From Luteolibacter sp. (lineage in GTDB: Bacteria > Verrucomicrobiota > Verrucomicrobiia > Verrucomicrobiales > Akkermansiaceae): a DNA stretch of 64,000 bases. The stretch lies in contig JBBARN010000007.1 in NCBI GenBank assembly GCA_040399845.1, forward strand, positions 8,071-72,070, given 5' to 3'. Positions 10,326 through 19,300 of this stretch are shown piece by piece; positions within the stretch are counted from its first letter, which is position 1, and each line of letters starts with the position of its first letter. Under the pieces are notes generated by a model. It was not told the DNA's origin. It worked only from the letters and a program-made list of their open reading frames with translations, and did no database searches. Position numbers and translations under genes: made by a program.

Positions 10326-10997
10326 ATGACTTTCAATTCCGCCAGTTCACCTGCTCCCCGCAACAGTTACTATGTTCCGGTCGTCATCGAACAAGATGGA
10401 CGGGGCGAGCGTTCATTCGACATCTACTCGCGCCTTCTCAAGGACCGCATTATCTTCATCGGCACGCCGATCGATGATTTTGTGGCCAACTCGGTGATCG
10501 CGCAGCTTTTGTTCCTGCAGATGCAGGACCCGAAAAAGGACATCCACATCTACATCAACTCCCCGGGTGGCTCCGTCACCGCGGGTCTTGCGATGTATGA
10601 CACGATGCAATTTCTCACCTGCGACGTGAATACCTATTGCATCGGCATTGCCGCTTCGATGGGGTCCGTGCTGTTGACCGCAGGCACCAAGGGCAAGCGC
10701 TTCTGCCTTCCCAACTCCCACGTGATGATCCACCAGGTCTCCGGCGGTGCGCAAGGCACAGCCTCCGACGTGGAGCGGACCATCGGTTTCATGTTCAACT
10801 TGAAAAAGCGCCTCAACGGGATCCTCGCCAAGCACACCGGCAAAACGGTGGAACAGGTCGAGCATGACTCGGACCGCGACAACTACATGACTGCCGAGGA
10901 GTCGGTGGCCTACGGTCTCGTGGACAAGGTTCTCGAAAGCCGCAAGCAACTCCCCGACACGGTCGCGGGATTGTTGGACAACAAGAAGGCGGAGTAA
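10326..10997 (+). CDS. clpP: ATP-dependent Clp protease proteolytic subunit
   Basis: [24 protein letters not shown] (Ser) and MIHQ (His) motifs. Confidence 0.97.
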   Translation: MTFNSASSPAPRNSYYVPVVIEQDGRGERSFDIYSRLLKDRIIFIGTPIDDFVANSVIAQLLFLQMQDPKKDIHIYINSPGGSVTAGLAMYDTMQFLTCDVNTYCIGIAASMGSVLLTAGTKGKRFCLPNSHVMIHQVSGGAQGTASDVERTIGFMFNLKKRLNGILAKHTGKTVEQVEHDSDRDNYMTAEESVAYGLVDKVLESRKQLPDTVAGLLDNKKAE

Positions 10998-11039
10998 TCC
11001 GTTGTTTCCACTCGTTTCAGATTTCATCACCACATCATC

Positions 11040-12320
11040 ATGGCCCGCGCTTCCAATCTAACGATGTGCTCCTTCTGCGGAAAGAGCCATTCGGAGGTCA
11101 AAAAACTCATCGCAGGCCCCGGGGTCTATATCTGCAACGAGTGCATCGAAGTCTGCTCGAACATTCTTGAGAAGGAATTGGGCACCGCGCCCAGCAAGGG
11201 CAAGACACCTGCGGAGAAGCCTGGGTTCAAGATTCCCGCGCCTTCGGCCATCCTTTCCAAGCTCAACGAGTTTGTCGTCGGGCAGGAGAATGCAAAAAAG
11301 GTCCTGGCTGTGGCGGTTTACAATCACTACCAGCGCCTCCGTCAGGATCAGGCAAAGGTGGACGAGGAGTTCAAGGATGTGGAAATCGAGAAGTCCAACA
11401 TCCTGTTGCTCGGCCCAACCGGTTCCGGCAAAACCCTGCTGGCCCGCACTCTGGCGCGGGTCTTGGATGTGCCATTCTGCATCGTGGACGCCACCACTCT
11501 CACCGAAGCCGGCTACGTTGGTGAGGATGTGGAAAACATCATCCTGCGCTTGCTTCAGGCCTCCGATTTCGATGTCGCCCGCGCCGAACGGGGCATCATC
11601 TATGTCGATGAAATCGACAAAATCGGCCGCAAGACCGAGAACGTGTCGATCACCCGCGATGTTTCCGGCGAAGGCGTGCAACAGGCTTTGCTGAAAATCC
11701 TCGAAGGGACCGTCTGCAACGTTCCGCCCCAAGGCGGCCGCAAGCACCCGCAGCAGGAATACATCCAAGTCAACACCGAGAAGATCCTTTTCATCGTGGG
11801 CGGTGCCTTCGTAGGCCTCGAAGACATGGTGAAGCGCCGTCTCGGCAGCAATACGCTTGGATTCCATTCCGGTGGTGGCGCGGAAGACCTCGACGCCCCT
11901 TCCATCAACGTGTTGGAACGCGTGCAACCCGAGGATCTCCTCCACTTCGGTCTCATTCCTGAATTCATCGGTCGCCTGCCGGTCATTTCCTCCCTCCGCA
12001 AGCTTTCCGAGGACGAACTCATGTCCATCCTCACCGAGCCCAAGAACGCGCTGGTGAAACAATACGGCAAGCAGCTTGCGATGAATGGAGTGAAACTTCA
12101 CGTCAAACGCGATGCCCTCCGTGCCCTTGCGGAAGAAGCCGTTCGCCGTGGTACGGGTGCACGCGCGCTGCGCTCGATTTTCGAACGGATGATGCTCGAA
12201 GTGATGTTCGACATCCCATCCCGCGAGGACATCGAATCAGTGACGATTACCCGCCAGGTCGTGCTTGGCGAAAAACCGCCGACCATCCGCCGCAAACGCG
12301 CGGATCAGGACGCGGCGTGA
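11040..12320 (+). CDS. clpX: ATP-dependent Clp protease ATP-binding subunit
   Basis: CSFC...CNEC zinc finger, GPTGSGKT Walker A, DEIDK Walker [14 protein letters not shown]. Confidence 0.97.
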   Translation: MARASNLTMCSFCGKSHSEVKKLIAGPGVYICNECIEVCSNILEKELGTAPSKGKTPAEKPGFKIPAPSAILSKLNEFVVGQENAKKVLAVAVYNHYQRLRQDQAKVDEEFKDVEIEKSNILLLGPTGSGKTLLARTLARVLDVPFCIVDATTLTEAGYVGEDVENIILRLLQASDFDVARAERGIIYVDEIDKIGRKTENVSITRDVSGEGVQQALLKILEGTVCNVPPQGGRKHPQQEYIQVNTEKILFIVGGAFVGLEDMVKRRLGSNTLGFHSGGGAEDLDAPSINVLERVQPEDLLHFGLIPEFIGRLPVISSLRKLSEDELMSILTEPKNALVKQYGKQLAMNGVKLHVKRDALRALAEEAVRRGTGARALRSIFERMMLEVMFDIPSREDIESVTITRQVVLGEKPPTIRRKRADQDAA

Positions 12321-13340
12321 TCAACGCATCCCGGGAAGACCCACGCGGATTTTCTCCGAGAAGTCCGCATCTTGGTCGGCTGCTTTGGCGCGATCATTGA
12401 TATGCGAGAGTTTCTTCAAGTCCGGAAATGGCATGGAGGTGTCGATCCCCTTGCGTTCATATAACAACTCATCGCCCAATCCGTTGACCAGCATCCGCCA
12501 ATCCCAGGGAGCCCTCTCATCAGAAGCCCGCTGATGGCGGATGGCGGTGGTGCAGTTGTTGGTAATGGCATTGTACCATCGGGGAGTCTCATGCAGTTCG
12601 TTAATCGTGCGGACGTATTCCATGAAACTTGCCTTCACCAGCGGAGCCTTGAGCCGATAAAGATAAACATCCTCACCCTTCCGGTAGTTGGAGCGGACGC
12701 GGATCACATCCCGCTCATCCGCCACCACATAAGTCAGTTCAAACTGCCGATAAAGCCCTCCCAGCGCCGAGTAGGCTTCACCTTTTTCCGGTCGTGTCTC
12801 AATGCTGAAACACACGCGACCATCCACGCCGAAGTCATAGGAAACAATCGGATGCGCCATGTAAGGGGATCCCCAGTAGTTGATGAACACATCCACACCT
12901 TTGAGATTCTTCATATCCAGCCGCCTCACCTCATAACGCGGGGTGAAATCCGTTTCGCTACGATAATCGAAATTCCGCACATTGTGGATCGTCACGATAT
13001 CTCCCTCGATCACAGCGTGAGGGACGATGGCGACCTCGGTTTTCCATTCACGATACTGCCGAGGTTGAAGGGTGAACCACCAGGTCATCACCAACAAGAT
13101 CATGACCACGATCACCATTTTGGCCCGCCAACGCGGTCGCAAAAAGAATGGGATCAACACCACCCCGGAGCCAAACAGGATGGCGGGCCATGGTTTCATG
13201 CTCGCTTGTGGAAAATCGAACCACAAGGCACCAAACGCCCACAGGGCACCGATCAAAATCAGGCCCCAAGTGATTGCTGAAACCACCCAAGCAAAGATCC
13301 TGAAACATAAATTCCGGGGTTGTGGCGCGTCATCCTGCAT
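12321..13340 (-). CDS. DUF4105 (Lnb N-terminal-like) membrane protein
   Basis: Three N-terminal TM segments; IHNVRNFDY, AHPIVS, ETRPE and WYNAITNNCTT motifs; start uncertain (13340 or 13367). Confidence 0.75.
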   Translation of the reverse strand: MQDDAPQPRNLCFRIFAWVVSAITWGLILIGALWAFGALWFDFPQASMKPWPAILFGSGVVLIPFFLRPRWRAKMVIVVMILLVMTWWFTLQPRQYREWKTEVAIVPHAVIEGDIVTIHNVRNFDYRSETDFTPRYEVRRLDMKNLKGVDVFINYWGSPYMAHPIVSYDFGVDGRVCFSIETRPEKGEAYSALGGLYRQFELTYVVADERDVIRVRSNYRKGEDVYLYRLKAPLVKASFMEYVRTINELHETPRWYNAITNNCTTAIRHQRASDERAPWDWRMLVNGLGDELLYERKGIDTSMPFPDLKKLSHINDRAKAADQDADFSEKIRVGLPGMR

Positions 13341-13483
13341 TGGCAAGGACGATGGAAGATACGCCATCGATTTGCAATCCGATAACCGTGAGGTGAATCG
13401 AATCACAAGCCGGCGCCCGCGAGATTTGCAGGTTGGTGAGTTTTTGATTTCCAGACAGCGGGTGAAAAGAGACCCTACGCCCG

Positions 13484-16234
13484 ATGCTTGAGCGCGTATT
13501 TCTTGGGTGGGATCGGCCGTTTCTTCATGCGGCAGCGGAATGGCTGCTCGCCTGTGGCGACGATCTTCCGCACTTGCTTGTTGTGGTTCCCACCTCGCAA
13601 GGGGCGCGTCGCCTCAAGGAGGCTTTGGCAGAGCGCGTCGGGGCCATCCTTTCGCCCCGGATGATGACTCCCGGTTCGTTTCTCCGCACGGATGCGCCGG
13701 ACGTCGCTCCGGATTGGATGGAACGGGTGGCCTGGCTGGAGGTCATGGAAGCCATCAGCGATTGGAGTCCGTATGCAGAGCTGTTTCCGGAGCCGCCGGC
13801 AGGAGATGATTGGGCATTGGGACTGGCGGGAGAATTGGCAGGCGTGCGTCGGGCGCTTCAGGAAAATGGTCACACCCTCGCATCCGCGGCCCGGGTCCTC
13901 GCCAATAGCGTTGAGGCAGGTCGCTGGGAGGCACTCGCACGGCTTGAGGTGGCTGTGGAAAATCATCTGCGCGACTGGGGCTACAAAAGCCGCAGCCGAA
14001 CCCTCGCCGCAGGCATTTCACTGCCCGATGGCTGCACCCGGATCGTGCTGGTGGGAATCACCGAGATGCCACCTCTCGTGGAGCGCATGCTGAACAATTC
14101 ACCCCATACCGTCCACTCACTGATCGGCGCTCCCCGTGATGAGGAATCGGCATTTTCCCCCATCGGCAGACCGCTGCCTGTATGGAGTGAGCGCAGCCTG
14201 CCCTGGCCGGAAGAAAAATGGGGCTCGGTGCGCCTCGTGGCGGATGCGCGGCAGCAGGTGATCGAAGCCTACCGCATCGTCTGTGAGGCGGCCACACAGT
14301 CCGATCAAGTCGCGCTGGGATCAGCCGATACGGCCATTGGAGATGAACTTGCACGTACCTTCACTCAAGGCGGATGGACCGCATTTCATCCGGCCACCGT
14401 CAGCCTGCGAACCGGACTGGCGAGATGGTTCAAAGCGCTTTCCGCATGGATCGCGGATCCACGGCTTACCCATATCTCGGTGTTGCTCGCCCTTCCGGAA
14501 ACCGAAGCACTCGTTGGCAAACGCCGCGCCTTCATCGCCCGGGAGCTGTCCAAATTGCGCAATCAGTGGATGTCCACCAGGCCAGAGGATCTCAAACACC
14601 GCGCCGCCACCACCGATTTTCGAAAGGACAGTCATCGGGAACTCGCCCAAGATGTCATCCGGGCCGTCGATATCTTCGAGTCGGTTCGGTCTGAATTTCT
14701 CTCCGGCTCCACAGCGGATGCCCTGCGACGGATTCTGGACCTGTTTGACCAGATCTCGGATGCAGATCGGAACCGAACCATGGCCTATCATGATTGGCTC
14801 GATGCAGCGACCATTCTGATCCATCAAGTGGAACGCAAGGCTTCCTATTGGATTGACCTGATGCTGTCCTCCATCCCCCCTGCCCCGCCAACGCCTCCGC
14901 CGGGGCGGGTGATCGATGTGCATGGCTGGCTTGAGTTATATCTTGAACCCGGCTCCCACCTGGTGATTTGCGGGATGAACGAGGGGGCCGTCCCCGCTCG
15001 GAACAGCGCGGATCCATGGCTAGGAGAAAACGCGGCAAAACTGTTAGGTCTCAATATCAACTCCTCCCGCGCCGCCCGCGATACGTTTTTATATCAATCG
15101 ATGCTTCTCGCCCGCAAAGATATTGGCCGGGTGGATCTGATCTGCGCCAAGTCGGGAGCGGGCGGCGAGGCACTGTTGCCATCGCGCCTCCTGCTCGCCG
15201 CCGAGAGGGATCAGCTGCCGGAGCGGGTGGCGTTCCTTTTCCGTGGCATCGAACCGCCGGAAGCAGGCTTGCGCTGGCATGCGGATTGGAAATGGCAACC
15301 ACGCCTCATCGAAGTCACCAACCGCCTCAACGCCACCGCCCTTTCCACCTATCTCGCCTGCCCATTCCGCTTTTACCTCAAACACGCAGTGGGCATGCAG
15401 ATGCCGGAGCCCGAGCGAGTGGAATGGAACCACCGCGATTTCGGCAACGTCGCACACGAGGTACTCGAACGCTGGGGCCGTGATGAAGAGGCACGTGAGT
15501 TTTCAAAAAGCGAAGCGGTCCATGCCTGGATGTCGGCCGAACTGGACAAGGTGGTCGCTGAATGGTTCGGCAAACGAATCCCGCTCTCGATTCGGGTGCA
15601 AACCGAGGCACTCCGCCAGCGCCTTTCATGGCTAGCACGCATCCAAGCCTGCTCGCGGGCCGAGGGCTGGCAGGTCATCGACATCGAGCACAAATTCGAA
15701 TTGGAATTCAACAATACCATCATTGTGGCGAAGATCGACCGCATCGATCGCCATCGCGAAACAGGCCAACTCCGGGTGCTTGACTACAAGACCGGCCGGG
15801 TGGAAACCGTGGAAAAATCCCACCGCAAGCGGATCACGGCAAGGACAACCCTGCCACCGCATATTCAACCGGGCAGCCCGCCTGTGTTCAGCGGTGAGGA
15901 GAAAGGCAAACCCGCTGATTTTCTATGGTATAATCTCCAATTGCCGCTCTATGCCACCGCGGTCGCAAAACGCGATGGTGTGATTCCAGTCCCATGTTAT
16001 TTCGCGCTCGGAGTGACCGAAGCGGACGTCGAAATCCGCGAGTGGCAGAATTTCTCGGAAGCGGAACTGCGCTCCGCGGAAGCTTGCGCCGCATGGATTG
16101 CCGATCAAGTCACAGCCGGTGTTTTCTGGCCTCCGGCTGAAAAAGTGACCTACGACGACTTTGCTGCGCTTACCTCGGGACGCGACATCGAGGAGGTATT
16201 CGAAGCTCCTGCCCTCCCCCTTATCGCAGATTGA
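13484..16234 (+). CDS. AddB/RexB-like protein with C-terminal PD-(D/E)XK nuclease
   Basis: Degenerate helicase-like N-terminus; CPFRFYL, DRID, DYKTG and LQLPLYA nuclease motifs. Confidence 0.8.
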   Translation: MLERVFLGWDRPFLHAAAEWLLACGDDLPHLLVVVPTSQGARRLKEALAERVGAILSPRMMTPGSFLRTDAPDVAPDWMERVAWLEVMEAISDWSPYAELFPEPPAGDDWALGLAGELAGVRRALQENGHTLASAARVLANSVEAGRWEALARLEVAVENHLRDWGYKSRSRTLAAGISLPDGCTRIVLVGITEMPPLVERMLNNSPHTVHSLIGAPRDEESAFSPIGRPLPVWSERSLPWPEEKWGSVRLVADARQQVIEAYRIVCEAATQSDQVALGSADTAIGDELARTFTQGGWTAFHPATVSLRTGLARWFKALSAWIADPRLTHISVLLALPETEALVGKRRAFIARELSKLRNQWMSTRPEDLKHRAATTDFRKDSHRELAQDVIRAVDIFESVRSEFLSGSTADALRRILDLFDQISDADRNRTMAYHDWLDAATILIHQVERKASYWIDLMLSSIPPAPPTPPPGRVIDVHGWLELYLEPGSHLVICGMNEGAVPARNSADPWLGENAAKLLGLNINSSRAARDTFLYQSMLLARKDIGRVDLICAKSGAGGEALLPSRLLLAAERDQLPERVAFLFRGIEPPEAGLRWHADWKWQPRLIEVTNRLNATALSTYLACPFRFYLKHAVGMQMPEPERVEWNHRDFGNVAHEVLERWGRDEEAREFSKSEAVHAWMSAELDKVVAEWFGKRIPLSIRVQTEALRQRLSWLARIQACSRAEGWQVIDIEHKFELEFNNTIIVAKIDRIDRHRETGQLRVLDYKTGRVETVEKSHRKRITARTTLPPHIQPGSPPVFSGEEKGKPADFLWYNLQLPLYATAVAKRDGVIPVPCYFALGVTEADVEIREWQNFSEAELRSAEACAAWIADQVTAGVFWPPAEKVTYDDFAALTSGRDIEEVFEAPALPLIAD

Positions 16235-16309
16235 CTGGGAGGGAAATCCGGGCAATTTGCACAAGGTCCGCTTGTTCCTGCCTTTGGCCTTGCTCCAGTT
16301 TCCTCCTCC

Positions 16310-19300
16310 ATGAAATCCAACCCGCCACTTGCTGGCAGGATGTTCCACATCCTCTGCGCAATCCCGGCCATCGCGGCCTTGGTTTCTATTTCCGCACTCC
16401 TCGCGGCCCCGGTAAGCATTGGCGATCCATCATTCGAGGGCAACTCTCTCAACGCAGGCGGATCCAACTACAATCTCGGCCCGGAGTGGCAGGAAACCAA
16501 CGGTCCGAACAACGGGGGGGGATTCGAAGAATATGTGCCCGGATTCTCCGCCGCTGGCACCGACCATCTTGGCATGGAACTCGGCCATGATGTCTGGCAG
16601 AATCTTTCCGGCACCTATCAAGCCAATACCCGCTACACCCTCACCGTTGCAGTTGGCAGGCGCACGGATACTCAAACCGTGATCGGCAATCTCAGCACCT
16701 ACTCGCTTGCAGACAGTACCGGCACTGTCCGCGCATCCAATTCGTGGGATGCCCGGGCAAATCTTTCTCTCTCCACTTTTGCTGATGCTCCCCCGCTTGT
16801 TTTCGACACTCCGAACGATCCGTCCGCTCTAGGGAAAACCATCCGCATCCTCCTCCAAGCCCGTGGTGTCGGCCGATCTCATTTCGACAATATCCGACTG
16901 GATGCCGTTTCCCTTATCCCTCCCGGTGCGGCGACAATTACCCTTCTGCCCGCAACCAACGTCGGTGGCAATTCCCTCACCCTCAACGGTCAGGTCAACC
17001 AAATTGGAAATGCGGCACCTGCCATCACCTTCTTCTGGGGCCCTGCCGACCGCGGAATCCAACCAAGCTCCTGGGCGAACAGCTTCACCTTACCCGGCAC
17101 CCAGTCCGGCGCTTTCTCCACGACGATCTCAGGCCTCTCGCCGATGAGCATTACCCACTTCACCGTGCGCGCCACCAACTCCGCTGGCAGTTCCTGGGTC
17201 ACTCCCGCGGCGCAAGTCCAGACCCAGCCCCTCGCTCCCACCCTCACCACCGGGACCGCCACACAAATCCAACCCACATCCGCACAACTTTCCGCCTCTG
17301 TCACTTCCACCGGCGGCGAGCCACCCGCAGTCACGATTTACTACGGGCCGAACGACGGAGGGACGGACCCAACCGCGTGGGCATCCGCCCTCGCACTTGG
17401 CGTGAGTTCGGGAAATGCCAGCAACATCGCAAGGAACCTCGCCCAAGGAACCCCTTACTTCTTCCGCGCCTTCGCCCAGAACACCGGCGGTGGCGTCTGG
17501 GCGCCCAATACAGGCACTTTTTCCACCCTTACGATCTCTTTGCCGGAAATCGTCAATCAACCAGCCACTGGCATCACCGGAACCACTGCCACCCTGCGCG
17601 GAGAAGTCACTTCCGACGGCAACGACGCTCCTTCCATCACGGTGTTCTACGGCCCCAGCGATGGAGGCACCATCACCGCCAATTGGGCCTCATCGGCAGC
17701 CGTGGGAACGGACTCGGGAAACTTCACCCGCTTTGTCGCAGGCCTTTCTCCCAATACCTTGTATTTCTTCAGATGCCGCGCCGTCAATGCGGCCGGCACA
17801 AGTTGGGCTCCCACCAGCGAGACCTTCAACACCTCCGCCTTGATCAATTCCACACCGGTGATCAACGAGATTCACTACCATCCTGCGGACGATGCCACCC
17901 AAGGACCGCTTCCTCTGGAATTCATCGAACTCCACAATCCCGGCGACAGCACCGTCAGCCTTGCCGGATGGACCATCACCAATGCTGTGACTTATACGTT
18001 TCCCGCTGGCGTCAATCTCGCTCCCGGAGCCTATGTCGTGATCGCACAGAACCCCGCCACGCTTCTCTCGAAATACGGCATCTCCACCTATGGCCCATGG
18101 GTCGGAAAACTCTCCAACACCGGTGAAACCATCGAACTCAGAAACGCTGCCAACGTCATCATGGACACCGTTTCCTATGGCACCGGCTACCCTTGGCCCA
18201 CCGCCGCTGACGGGGCAGGCCCTTCCTGCGAACTCATTCATCCGGCGCTCGATAATGACCTCGGAGGTTCCTGGCGCTCGTCAGGCATCGCCGGAGTTCC
18301 AAGCGCCACCTATATCAGCCCCTCTTCCGCAGGTTGGAAGTTCAGGAACGGGACGGCCGAAGCCTCAACGCCGGTCACCGCCTGGCGCGATCTCGCTTTC
18401 AATGATTCCACCTGGAGCACAACTTCCACTTCAGTCGGCTACGGCAGCGAATACACTCCATCGGTCACCCTGACCGCCATGAGGAACAGCTACCGTTCCA
18501 TTTACTTCCGCAGACCCTTTACCATCGCCTCCTCCCTGCCCACCCAGTTGAGCTTGAGATTGAGATATGATGACGGCTACGTCGCATGGATCAATGGCGT
18601 GGAAGTTTCCCGCAACAATGCACCCGCAGGCCAGGTGCCATTCAATGTCACCTCGGGCACAAGCTTGCAGGACCACCCGGCATCGGCTTGGGAAACCATC
18701 ACCATCAACACCGTCATCGACGGCGTGAACATCCTTCGGGGAGGCAGCAATGTGCTTTGTGTGCACGCACTCAACCAAAGCACCGGCAGCAGCGACTTCT
18801 TCTTCGATGCCGAACTCGGCTTTGCCGGGAGCAGTGCCACCAACAACCCCACACCCGGTGCGCCAAATGCCAGCCGTTTGATCGCCTCGCGAGTCCCCCC
18901 GCAAAGCCGGCAGGTCAGCCACAGCCCCACCCAGCCCACTGCCGGGCAAGCTGTCACCATCACGGCCCGCGTCACCGATCCGGATGGTATGGGAAATGTC
19001 ACGCTCTCCTATCAAACGGTGAACCCCGGTACCTATATCCCACTTAAAACCTACGATGATTTCAACCGGATTCAGGTAGACAATCCGACCTATTCTCGGA
19101 CATGGACCACCGTCCCCATGTATGACAATGGAACCAACGGAGACATAGTGGCAGGAGATTTCACTTATACGGCCGTCCTCCCCGCGTCCCTGCAAACCCA
19201 CCGCCGCCTCGTCCGCTACAAGCTGAACCTTGCCGATGCCTTGGGAAACACCCAGACGATTCCTTACAGGGACGACGAACAACCGAACTTTGCCTATTTT

